A stretch of 64,000 nucleotides of DNA from positions 1 through 64,000 of IMG/VR virus record IMGVR_UViG_3300020045_004441. The stretch is one strand, 5' to 3'. Shown here piece by piece: positions 40,684 to 49,500 of this stretch (positions are counted from its first letter, which is position 1; each line of letters starts with the position of its first letter). The DNA comes from a virus. Lineage: Duplodnaviria > Caudoviricetes. A program made the translations under genes and the position numbers. The notes below the pieces were generated by a model. It saw nothing but the letters and a program-made list of their open reading frames with translations, was not told where the DNA came from and ran no database searches.

Positions 40684-41322
40684 TTACCAAGGCATTTCAT
40701 CCTCTGGAGCCTGTGTTTTAAAGTCAGGATCTGCTGATGGTAGCGCCACTGGTTTGTAATCATATTTATTACCTTTATCAAAAGGCTTAATATGATCTGG
40801 ATTAGCTTTCATCTCTTCATTAGAAGCGATAAATCCGTAACGACGTTTACCTAAAGAATAGCCGATTTTGTCCTGGCCATCTTTCACATAAACATATTCT
40901 TCAGCTGTTAAAGCCCATGTAGCAAATTTGCCACGAATAATAGGCATCAACTTATTGAGATAATCCTCTACGTTATCAGCCTCGATAGCATCAACTTTTT
41001 CAGAAACATCAAGCTTCTTAGCAATTAATGCAATATCTGAGATAAACTGATCCATCTGAGTTTTATCTTCCTTGCCAAAATAAATACTGAAATTTACACG
41101 ACCTACACGACCGCCAAATTTAGCTTTTTCATCTGGCTCAAAACCAGCATCCACAACTTTTGGACTCTCAATCAACAAAACTACTAATTGTTTATCACTC
41201 TTGGATGACTTTTTAAGTTCAAATCCAACAATTGCAGCCTCCTGCACACCATATGACAGATATTTAGATCCACCATTACCACCTGTCGCAATTACGACTC
41301 CTTTCGTACTAAATCCACTCAT
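40684..41322 (-). CDS. Putative single-stranded DNA-binding protein
   Basis: Lies between the ATPase and primase genes; acidic-aromatic C-terminal tail EDEMPW. Confidence 0.6.
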   Translation of the reverse strand: MSGFSTKGVVIATGGNGGSKYLSYGVQEAAIVGFELKKSSKSDKQLVVLLIESPKVVDAGFEPDEKAKFGGRVGRVNFSIYFGKEDKTQMDQFISDIALIAKKLDVSEKVDAIEADNVEDYLNKLMPIIRGKFATWALTAEEYVYVKDGQDKIGYSLGKRRYGFIASNEEMKANPDHIKPFDKGNKYDYKPVALPSADPDFKTQAPEDEMPW

Positions 41323-41332
41323 ATATTTAATT

Positions 41333-41590
41333 TTAATTGTTACTACTTAATTCCAATTCGTCTTCTTGTTGATATTTGCGAGCCAATATGTGCCAGTCTA
41401 CATGAAACATCTCCCAATAATAATGACGCTGGGGTGAATTCTCCCAATCAAAAGCTGATGTTACCCATCTATCATTAGATTGCCATGTTCTATTGCAATA
41501 AACATCAAAGTCTTCATTACCTCTAATGTTTTTCTTAAATTGCTCTAGACAATTATTCTTAGTTAGAAATTCTATAAATCTTTCTTTCAT
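41333..41590 (-). CDS. Hypothetical protein
   Basis: 85-aa ORF. Confidence 0.6.
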   Translation of the reverse strand: MKERFIEFLTKNNCLEQFKKNIRGNEDFDVYCNRTWQSNDRWVTSAFDWENSPQRHYYWEMFHVDWHILARKYQQEDELELSSNN

Positions 41591-41623
41591 TTTAAATAAA
41601 TTCTATCCCAAAAGGTTGTAATG

Positions 41624-42337
41624 TTAATTATAGTATTCATGCACACATTTAGAAACATACCCTAAATCATTTGGTATTCTAATTGACGGGAATGTACCCT
41701 GTGGCGATTTGGCTGGATAATCATTGGTTCTGTTTGTTACGAAGAAATAATTACCCTTTTGAGTTTTATCGTCCCATTCTGAAACTGCATATAACACAAT
41801 ATTAAACAATCCCTCAAGAGTTATCTTAGAGTCCAACATATTGCCAAGTGTTTTCATTTTGCGGACAACCTCAAAATCTTTATGGATCTCTTCGCTGTGA
41901 CAAATGAAATACACCTGTAAATCATCTCTTAGATTGCGAGCCATATCAATGATCTCAAAATAATCCTTACCAAGCTCATTGAATTTTTCATAACCCTTCT
42001 CCATTGCCTTACGCATGAACGCGAACGCTAAACTATAATGGGCGTCGTCGATCACAATATATTTGATGTGAGGCATAGTTGTATTGATCCGGCTAAGTGC
42101 ATTTTTTATATTTGCAGCTTTATCGCTAGAAAACCAATTCCCATCAGGACTTTCTGTTGGGTGAAATGGTTTATAGTGCTGTTTCCATCCTTTTGTTGGT
42201 AATCCCTTGCCAGCTACTGAGATTATAAATGTTTCCTTTGGTGGCAATCCAATAATTCCAAGTTCTGGATTTCCCAATATTGCAGTTGATTTACCAACTC
42301 CACTCTCTCCCGTTATTCCTATTAATTCTCCTGCCAT
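41624..42337 (-). CDS. P-loop ATPase (AAA_24/Sak4-like)
   Basis: GESGVGKST, IVIDD, CHSE, YPAKSP. Confidence 0.8.
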   Translation of the reverse strand: MAGELIGITGESGVGKSTAILGNPELGIIGLPPKETFIISVAGKGLPTKGWKQHYKPFHPTESPDGNWFSSDKAANIKNALSRINTTMPHIKYIVIDDAHYSLAFAFMRKAMEKGYEKFNELGKDYFEIIDMARNLRDDLQVYFICHSEEIHKDFEVVRKMKTLGNMLDSKITLEGLFNIVLYAVSEWDDKTQKGNYFFVTNRTNDYPAKSPQGTFPSIRIPNDLGYVSKCVHEYYN

Positions 42338-42346
42338 ATATTATTA

Positions 42347-43177
42347 TTATTTTATTATTTCTTTGTGTTTCCAATAAAATCCGTATTTTAATATTTCTTT
42401 ATCCATCCAGCTACGAATTCCTTCTTTTATTATGCCATTTTCTCTCTCAGCTTCACCTCTAGATCTATATGTATTTATTAGGTTGTAATCCTTATCATAC
42501 TGATACACTTTTTTACCTAGTCGTTTAATATTAAATTCAGATATTTTTCTTTTGTGCTCTAAGGTTAATGGAGTTCCGTTAGCCCACCATTTGTCATATA
42601 TATAGGATTTATTTGCGTCATAATCCTTTTGATAACAAAATGTAAAATCTTGAAGAAAATTTTTCTTGTGACCCAAGCAGCATTGTGACACATTTGTACT
42701 AGAAGACTTTATAAATCTAGCGGCATCTGATACTGAATCAAATTCATATTGTAATTCTCCCGTAAACCTATTGAAGACAAAAACTGGCTTAGAAGTTCGT
42801 TTCTTATTGTCCTCAATAGACTTTCTGCTTTTGTTCCAAGCTGTAATGTGTGTGGAATTATTAAGCATTTGATTGTATCCATTATTAATTACATCTAGTG
42901 AAATTATGTATTTTTCTTCTAGTTTTAGTAATTCATTTCTGTCTATTGAATCAAATTGTTCTAATATTTCTACCTCAAAAGCAGTTGTCCCATATTTATC
43001 GAATGATTTTTGCAAATGAACATTACAATGAACATTATTTATTAGCTCATAATAATGCCTCTGAAGTCTTAACTTTAAATTTACTGCTGATCCAATGTAG
43101 GATAAGTTTGTTTGATTGTTTGTAATTTTGTAGATCCCAAATGTTTTTGGGAATTCTTTAAAATCTAATGTATTCAT
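42347..43177 (-). CDS. GIY-YIG homing endonuclease with NUMOD repeats
   Basis: GIYKITNNQTNLSYIGSA...RLQRH. Start moved to MNTLDF (43177). Confidence 0.88.
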   Translation of the reverse strand: MNTLDFKEFPKTFGIYKITNNQTNLSYIGSAVNLKLRLQRHYYELINNVHCNVHLQKSFDKYGTTAFEVEILEQFDSIDRNELLKLEEKYIISLDVINNGYNQMLNNSTHITAWNKSRKSIEDNKKRTSKPVFVFNRFTGELQYEFDSVSDAARFIKSSSTNVSQCCLGHKKNFLQDFTFCYQKDYDANKSYIYDKWWANGTPLTLEHKRKISEFNIKRLGKKVYQYDKDYNLINTYRSRGEAERENGIIKEGIRSWMDKEILKYGFYWKHKEIIK

Positions 43178-43201
43178 AACGGCTATCTGTTTATTAGATA
43201 G

Positions 43202-43232
43202 CAAAGATATACATTATTATTTAATTTACAAA
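43202..43232 (-). promoter_or_regulatory. Bacteroidetes-type promoter for the GIY-YIG gene
   Basis: TTTG-N19-TATCTTTG on the minus strand. Confidence 0.65.
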
Positions 43233-43282
43233 ATCACAACTTTTCTTCACTCACTTATCTTTCTCCTATATTTAAATTATTA

Positions 43283-43555
43283 CTACTTCTCGTATTTAGA
43301 TATAAAATTTGAATCTTTGCTAAGTTTCTTAAATGTAGATTTATTATATTTCATAATACTATTGGTATTTGCAAAATACACACCATTATTAAAAAACCTA
43401 GCTAATTTATTTGCATCTAAATCTATATACATAATTTTCATTGGCCTGACACCCCATTTATTATTTGCATATAGACACTCAGCACAAACAATATCTCCAA
43501 CCTTAAATACCTTGTTGTCAGAATCCCTTCTTACTGCGCATATTTTAACCTTCAT
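43283..43555 (-). CDS. Hypothetical protein
   Basis: 90-aa ORF. Confidence 0.55.
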   Translation of the reverse strand: MKVKICAVRRDSDNKVFKVGDIVCAECLYANNKWGVRPMKIMYIDLDANKLARFFNNGVYFANTNSIMKYNKSTFKKLSKDSNFISKYEK

Positions 43556-43564
43556 ATCAATTAA

Positions 43565-44701
43565 TTATATGGTATTTTTGTTGTAATTCGCTATCTGCTC
43601 ATAAACTCTTTCTGATGGTTCCCTAGGTAATTCTGCAAAGTAATTACATGCACCTAGGAACATAAGATCTATGGATGCGCTAGATATTCCATTACGATTA
43701 AGGTTAATTAGCAATTCTCTATGATTCATACCAATTCTAGCTAAATCCCAGCCATTATATGATGGAATCTTATAATTATAGGGCCAAAACAGACTAATCA
43801 TTAAATTTGCATCATTCTTGGTTGATTTATTATCAGCTAATCCTTCTGGGTTGGGTTTCAATCGTTCAATCATTACATCTCCACGATTAGTATATTGCGC
43901 ATCCGTGGAATTCGCAGTTTGTTGCTGGATGAGTACTGGTGAATATCCCCATCTATCTCTAAGTTTAAGAAATATTTTGGATGATAATTCCCCAATTGCT
44001 TCATATAGAGAGCTTTGATCCTTCTGTGGAGAAATCAAACCACAGTGATCAACAAGAACGACTACATATTCATCGGGTTTATTTGGAATATATCTATCAA
44101 CAACCTTTTTAACAGTTGAGCTGCCATCATCTTCCTGCCAAGCAACATCCTTATATTCATAATGACCATTAGCTTCAGCATAGGATTTCATTGTAAGTAA
44201 TATGCCAGTAGTATTTCTAATATCATCATGAATTGTCACAATTGATTGAAATTCCATTAACCATTGTTGAAATTCTCTAGAATCAATAATCTTCAACAAT
44301 CTATCATCAAGAGTATACCCAGCAAATACAGATTGTAAATTATCTGGACTAATTATAATCCCATACGATTTAAATAACTTATAACTAATTGCAGATATGA
44401 TCAACAAGTCTGCACTAATTTCAAGACTAAAGTAGAATATCTTAAGAGTTATGTTTGTTGAATCTCTATTTGTAAGATACCAGTCAATTGGTTCAAACAT
44501 ATATAAGTAATTGGCTAACTGAGACTTACCTCCTTTACTTTGGGCCGAAATTATTGTAAATTGCTTTTGTCTAACTCCTGGAAGTATTGATGAAAGTCTT
44601 GGTAGACTCCATGGTATCGCTATTAGGTCTCCATTTAATTTACGCTCTCTGTTTTGTTTAAGCTGATCAACAACTCTTTTAATCCTATCTTTCTCTTCCA
44701 T
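43565..44701 (-). CDS. DnaB-like (SF4) replicative helicase
   Basis: AQSKGGKSQ Walker A, FSLE, VLVDH, IQQQ, LADNK, NLNRNG. Confidence 0.85.
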   Translation of the reverse strand: MEEKDRIKRVVDQLKQNRERKLNGDLIAIPWSLPRLSSILPGVRQKQFTIISAQSKGGKSQLANYLYMFEPIDWYLTNRDSTNITLKIFYFSLEISADLLIISAISYKLFKSYGIIISPDNLQSVFAGYTLDDRLLKIIDSREFQQWLMEFQSIVTIHDDIRNTTGILLTMKSYAEANGHYEYKDVAWQEDDGSSTVKKVVDRYIPNKPDEYVVVLVDHCGLISPQKDQSSLYEAIGELSSKIFLKLRDRWGYSPVLIQQQTANSTDAQYTNRGDVMIERLKPNPEGLADNKSTKNDANLMISLFWPYNYKIPSYNGWDLARIGMNHRELLINLNRNGISSASIDLMFLGACNYFAELPREPSERVYEQIANYNKNTI

Positions 44702-45129
44702 TAATCATCTATCATTTCCGCTAATTCCTTAAACGACCACTGAGACTCTCCACCACCATTATTAATATAATCTTTATATACGATGCCTTTAATGGTGTCA
44801 TAGTCACCTATATTTAGTAATCCACAATAAAGCCTTATCTTTCCAATCGTTGGACAGTAACAAAACAATAGTGTCTTCCTGGAACTTTCATTGTAATCAT
44901 CTGATATAGATCTATATGCATTCATCATTTCCTTAATGGTCGTGCCTGGAAAATAATGATTAGCTAATAATAATAAATCATCTGGAGATCTGTGTTTATA
45001 TTTGCCACATTGTTCTTCATTGGTATCACTCCAATATGTAGCTCTACTGCCTTTGTCAAAATAATCCTTAAGCAATACTTTTAATGACTCTGGATTTTCT
45101 GGTGCTTCTTTATAATATATAGTTCTCAT
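44701..45129 (-). CDS. Hypothetical protein (paralog of 36482-36931)
   Basis: ATY...QC...RSPDDL...C. Confidence 0.65.
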   Translation of the reverse strand: MRTIYYKEAPENPESLKVLLKDYFDKGSRATYWSDTNEEQCGKYKHRSPDDLLLLANHYFPGTTIKEMMNAYRSISDDYNESSRKTLLFCYCPTIGKIRLYCGLLNIGDYDTIKGIVYKDYINNGGGESQWSFKELAEMIDD

Positions 45130-45335
45130 TGTTTAACTTCTTTATTTAATCCCCATAAGCAAAAGGCTGTATATACTAAAAACATAAATGATAGCTGATA
45201 TTGCCCAATTAAATAGTTAGACACACACCAAAATGTATTAGATGCTAACCATAACCAATATGATAATTCTTTCTTACCTTTAATATTAGCTATATATCCA
45301 GCAATTGCTATTAATGCAAATAGAAGTTTAATCAT
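45126..45335 (-). CDS. Half-size PnuC-like membrane protein
   Basis: Three hydrophobic segments; YWLWLASN, GQY, WG pattern. Confidence 0.5.
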   Translation of the reverse strand: MIKLLFALIAIAGYIANIKGKKELSYWLWLASNTFWCVSNYLIGQYQLSFMFLVYTAFCLWGLNKEVKQ

Positions 45336-45538
45336 CTAACTATAATTTTAACATTGCGAAGAACTTTCTTTTTAACCTCATCTCTAAATTTTGCTGGACA
45401 ATCTCCACAATAACATTTATAATTACCGTGATCTGGATTTTTAGTCCAATACTCACATTTTTTACATTCTGGCTTCATTATATTAATCCAATTAAGTGCA
45501 TCATTGTTACTCCACACATTATATGATAGAATAACCAA
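45332..45538 (-). CDS. Small Cys-rich protein
   Basis: CKKC...CYCGDC. Confidence 0.5.
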   Translation of the reverse strand: MVILSYNVWSNNDALNWINIMKPECKKCEYWTKNPDHGNYKCYCGDCPAKFRDEVKKKVLRNVKIIVR

Positions 45539-45638
45539 ATTGCGGTTTTTATTTCCTGAAGAGAAGGTTTAATTTGTTTTGGAGGTCTTACTAGTGGAAT
45601 GAAAACTCCAATAATTGGAATCCAATATATTAATTCAA

Positions 45639-46190
45639 TCATAACCTAATCTCCATTGATTTAGTTGTTGTTATTGCTTCATCTTCTTTCTCTAACCATG
45701 CCATAAGAGTGCTATTGCCATCTTTTTCTATAAAATATGGTGCAATTTGCATCCCTCTATCCATGGTCATATGATTAAATTGATTAACATATTCTCTACA
45801 AACATCAATGATTTGATCATTAGTATAATCGCCCATTCCATGCCCTTTATCGAGCTTTCTGAGCTTATCTACAATGATCTTGATAGTTCCTCTCCATGGA
45901 TATTTGCCGTCTTTAGAACCTCTAGGAAAGCACTCTCTGATGTCTGTGGATAATTGTGTATAATCTCTACCAATTCCTTCAATTAAATATAGAGATCTTG
46001 GAAGCAAGCTAACCATCGCCCCATCTAAAGACAAATAGCCCTTAGATTGAAGCGATAGATAGTCTGACTTTCTTTCTGTATAATCAATTGATTTGTTATT
46101 CTGTTGAGAATAAATAGATAATAACAATAAATATTCATTGATGTTTATTCCTCTCCTACTCAATCTCTCGGTATCAATGATTATCTGCAT
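45639..46190 (-). CDS. Hypothetical protein (possible replication-associated HTH)
   Basis: 183-aa ORF upstream of the helicase block. Confidence 0.6.
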   Translation of the reverse strand: MQIIIDTERLSRRGININEYLLLLSIYSQQNNKSIDYTERKSDYLSLQSKGYLSLDGAMVSLLPRSLYLIEGIGRDYTQLSTDIRECFPRGSKDGKYPWRGTIKIIVDKLRKLDKGHGMGDYTNDQIIDVCREYVNQFNHMTMDRGMQIAPYFIEKDGNSTLMAWLEKEDEAITTTKSMEIRL

Positions 46191-46194
46191 ATTA

Positions 46195-47421
46195 TTATAA
46201 ATTAATTACAAACACCTTAATGTTATTGCTAGAAGATGTGCTCCTACGATATTCTGTTTGGACTCCACCGCGTTCTGTCAATATTTCCTGCATTAATGTA
46301 TCAATGGCATCGTGGCCAGATACTAATGTAAAAATCCTGAATGCTCCTCTATTCTCTTCTATAGCATTATTTACAAGAGTTTTAAATACAAGATCTTTTA
46401 ATCTCTGTTGATTTACATTGTCTTCAAGTAAATCAAATCTACAACTTACTTCGATAGATCTATGTAGGCTCTGTATGCCGTCTATTTCATCTAATCCGCA
46501 GCATCGCATATCCTCATTAATACTAAGCCCATCCTCATTGTCGTAGATAATATGTTCCTCATCATTAAAATAAAGAACAACTTCTTTATTGTCATTAACT
46601 TGTATGCCCAGTTCTATTTGCTCCCATGTTGGGAATTGTGGTCTTGGTGGTGGTGGCGGTGTAGGCGTAGTAAATAAAGCCAATTTATACTTAGCTTCAA
46701 TACCATTATTATTCACACACCTGAAATGTGTTGCTTCTCTTAATGTGTCAACCTGAGTGTCATCTGAATCAATCAGAATTCCAGTATAATCACGATCTAC
46801 TGTGATATTTTTAGCCTTCTGCGGGGCTGTAATACATTTTAATGTAATTTCTCCTGACATAATTTCTTCGGTTGTTGTGTTATTGATTGTTGATTGTAAT
46901 TGCATTATTTGTGCAACTGTTAGTTCTTTTTCTGGTAATTGATTGAAATACTGTTCAGTTCCAACCATTGTTGTTCTACCATCACGAATAAGAACATAAC
47001 TTGGCCGATCATTATCTCTTAATGATTCATAATGTAGGCTTCTGATTGGGCTTAATATTGGTGAATATGGGTTTCTTAGTTGATATCCTTTAACACCAAG
47101 CGATAATAGCTTCTCATTCAGCAATGCCAAATCATCAACCCATGATAACCTAATCTTACAATTATTTACATCAATTTCTCCTATTCTTAGAAAATCTTGA
47201 TATGAGATTTCAATCGTACCTAATCTATAATCTTCAAAGAATCTTCCACCCATACCCAATTCTGTAGACCATCCAATTCTATTCCAAAGAATATATAACG
47301 CTACAACATCGGTTACATTATTATATAAATATTCATTCTTTGAATAACCAAGCTCAATTGCCTTATCTTGTACTTGCCTTGCTATGTCTTGATTAGGTAT
47401 TCTTATTTTATAATCTTGCAT
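46195..47421 (-). CDS. Mosaic multidomain hypothetical protein
   Basis: Two N-terminal repeats, a poly-Pro linker and a C-terminal CCG domain. Confidence 0.7.
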   Translation of the reverse strand: MQDYKIRIPNQDIARQVQDKAIELGYSKNEYLYNNVTDVVALYILWNRIGWSTELGMGGRFFEDYRLGTIEISYQDFLRIGEIDVNNCKIRLSWVDDLALLNEKLLSLGVKGYQLRNPYSPILSPIRSLHYESLRDNDRPSYVLIRDGRTTMVGTEQYFNQLPEKELTVAQIMQLQSTINNTTTEEIMSGEITLKCITAPQKAKNITVDRDYTGILIDSDDTQVDTLREATHFRCVNNNGIEAKYKLALFTTPTPPPPPRPQFPTWEQIELGIQVNDNKEVVLYFNDEEHIIYDNEDGLSINEDMRCCGLDEIDGIQSLHRSIEVSCRFDLLEDNVNQQRLKDLVFKTLVNNAIEENRGAFRIFTLVSGHDAIDTLMQEILTERGGVQTEYRRSTSSSNNIKVFVINL

Positions 47422-47629
47422 ATTGTTTAATGCTTAGTTGTTCATAATCTTCAGGTTTATTAGTCCTGTAAGCTAATAATGATGATTTTGCATCATCTAT
47501 ATTAACCTCAAAATATTTAGCCATTAACTCAGCTAAAGTATCATCATCTTTTGCTCCATATTGAAATTCTAGAGCAGAGATCATAACCTCTAGCTGAGCT
47601 GTGGTCTTTTGAATCTTAGTGAAATACAT
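47408..47629 (-). CDS. Hypothetical protein
   Basis: 73-aa ORF. Confidence 0.55.
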   Translation of the reverse strand: MYFTKIQKTTAQLEVMISALEFQYGAKDDDTLAELMAKYFEVNIDDAKSSLLAYRTNKPEDYEQLSIKQYARL

Positions 47630-47870
47630 ACCAATACCATGGTTTTAAGTGAATTTCTCTTGCCATATCAAGAATAGCTTTACGTCTGCGATTTACAGCA
47701 TTGCCGTAATTCTCATAGATAGGCTTTTTCTTAGATGTTAATACTGGCTTATAATTAAACTTACCAAACTTAACAACTTGAACTTTCTTATCATGCCTTT
47801 GAGCTGGAAATCCATATGAATTGAGGATCATTATATCCTCTCTACATTTATGTAATAGAATTGCTTTCAT
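47616..47870 (-). CDS. Hypothetical basic protein
   Basis: 84-aa ORF. Confidence 0.55.
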   Translation of the reverse strand: MKAILLHKCREDIMILNSYGFPAQRHDKKVQVVKFGKFNYKPVLTSKKKPIYENYGNAVNRRRKAILDMAREIHLKPWYWYVFH

Positions 47871-48018
47871 TTTTTATGTTTTGTAATTCTAATATATGGA
47901 AGAATTAATTCTGGATGCTGCTTGCCAAAGAATACTCCATTAAAATCTTGATATCTAACCTCTATGGATTTTATATCTGGATTACTTAAAGACTTTTCTA
48001 TTAATTCTACTAATTCTT

Positions 48019-48210
48019 TCATACAGTCAATCTTGCTCTAGTGTGATAAACAACTTCCTCTTCTTTGCGTACAACAACTCTACCAATAGGTGTGATTGTT
48101 TTAGTTAATTCAAGACAGAATATATGTAATGGTTTATTAATGAAGGTAATTACCTTTTCTCCATGCACTATCTGTCCTTGAACTTTAATTGGTTCTATTC
48201 GTGGTCTCAT
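48019..48210 (-). CDS. Hypothetical protein
   Basis: 63-aa ORF. Confidence 0.5.
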   Translation of the reverse strand: MRPRIEPIKVQGQIVHGEKVITFINKPLHIFCLELTKTITPIGRVVVRKEEEVVYHTRARLTV

Positions 48211-48404
48211 AAGAAAAATATTTTAAATGTCCAGTAAAATGCTTCAAAAATTAAATACATTATCAAAGCTGTTAATGCATATGGAATATACCATTTAGAT
48301 ATTTCAAGTTTTACTAATTTAATTCCAAGCATCATCCACAGGTAAATTACCAATGCCACTAATTCAAGCGCAATTAATACTCCAATGTGATTTAATAGTG
48401 TCAT
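48207..48404 (-). CDS. Small two-TM membrane protein
   Basis: Highly hydrophobic 65-aa ORF. Confidence 0.55.
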   Translation of the reverse strand: MTLLNHIGVLIALELVALVIYLWMMLGIKLVKLEISKWYIPYALTALIMYLIFEAFYWTFKIFFL

Positions 48405-48406
48405 AA

Positions 48407-49060
48407 TTATTTATAAATTAATAAACATGTTAGCATTGGGCCTCCACCAGCATTATATTCATAACAAATATAATCTTTGATGCGACCTTTAGTTTTATAT
48501 ATTGTAACATTGTGTAAAAATTGGGCCCTTCCACTACATTTAGGGGCATTTTCTTTGTCAATTATTGCGTTGGATACAAATGACCCTAATACTCCAAATA
48601 TTGGTTTTAAATAGCATTCTAGTGGCCTTGGAACTGATGATCTCAACCCAAACGAGAATATAAATGCTTTATTTGAAGCTGATGTGCTCTGTATGTCAAT
48701 TTGCTTTAATAAACTACTTTTAATTACTTCTAGGTTAGAAGTGCATGTTAGGTCGCAATCAATAAACATAGATCCAAATAGATCAATTGATTTATTTACA
48801 ACCTTGACACTTTTAAGATTCCTACATCCCCTGAATATATCAGTAAATATTGTAGGTTCTATCTCACAAATCTTCAAAGCGCTTGAATCACAAATGTATT
48901 TTCTGTAGTTATCAATATGCCTCTGATAATCTGGGCCTGTTACAATAGTTGCAGATTTAACTTTTTGAGTCAGCGCCTCACCAGCTTTTTGATAAAACTC
49001 AGCTTCTATAATGTGTTTTATAGAAGCCGAGCTAAAATCATGTGTGTATTTAGGATTCAT
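48407..49060 (-). CDS. Hypothetical protein, possible Rossmann/methyltransferase-like fold
   Basis: IVTGPD, ICEIEP, FIDCDLTCT, FSFGLRS. Weak motif resemblance only. Confidence 0.4.
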   Translation of the reverse strand: MNPKYTHDFSSASIKHIIEAEFYQKAGEALTQKVKSATIVTGPDYQRHIDNYRKYICDSSALKICEIEPTIFTDIFRGCRNLKSVKVVNKSIDLFGSMFIDCDLTCTSNLEVIKSSLLKQIDIQSTSASNKAFIFSFGLRSSVPRPLECYLKPIFGVLGSFVSNAIIDKENAPKCSGRAQFLHNVTIYKTKGRIKDYICYEYNAGGGPMLTCLLIYK

Positions 49061-49458
49061 TATTCTCCCAAGATTTGAAATGAAAATTCAGCATCTCTGC
49101 CATAAAGATCCCAAACATACTGCTGAACAGCCATTTTAAGCTTGTTTTTAGGGCTTAATTTGTTCCACCATGGCACGCTAACAGTTTTCTTTGGTCTTGC
49201 ATCATCAGACACTGCCCAGGCGCAAAATGCTCCATTAAGCGTTGTGTGTTGCTCGCAATTGTGAAATCGCGGTAATTGTACGGTTTTAAGTTGAAATACT
49301 GGCAATTTCTCACGAGTTTCGTCATATGGATTTTTCCATAATTCAAAACATTTATGTCCATTGTCATCAACTTTTTGTGTTGCTTCAAATTTACCCAATA
49401 GGGCTTGGCTTCCTCCGATGTTCACGGTCAGATGCACTTCTGTGTTTTTATAGTCCAT
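49060..49458 (-). CDS. Hypothetical protein
   Basis: Start moved to MDYKN (49458), since the longer start overlaps the tmRNA terminator. Confidence 0.6.
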   Translation of the reverse strand: MDYKNTEVHLTVNIGGSQALLGKFEATQKVDDNGHKCFELWKNPYDETREKLPVFQLKTVQLPRFHNCEQHTTLNGAFCAWAVSDDARPKKTVSVPWWNKLSPKNKLKMAVQQYVWDLYGRDAEFSFQILGE

Positions 49459-49477
49459 AATAATATAGATTCTAACT

Positions 49478-49500
49478 AAAAGGGTGTTGACGTACACCCT
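49478..49500 (-). terminator. Intrinsic terminator ending the tmRNA coding piece
   Basis: AGGGTGT-ACGTCA-ACACCCT followed by TTT. Confidence 0.7.
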
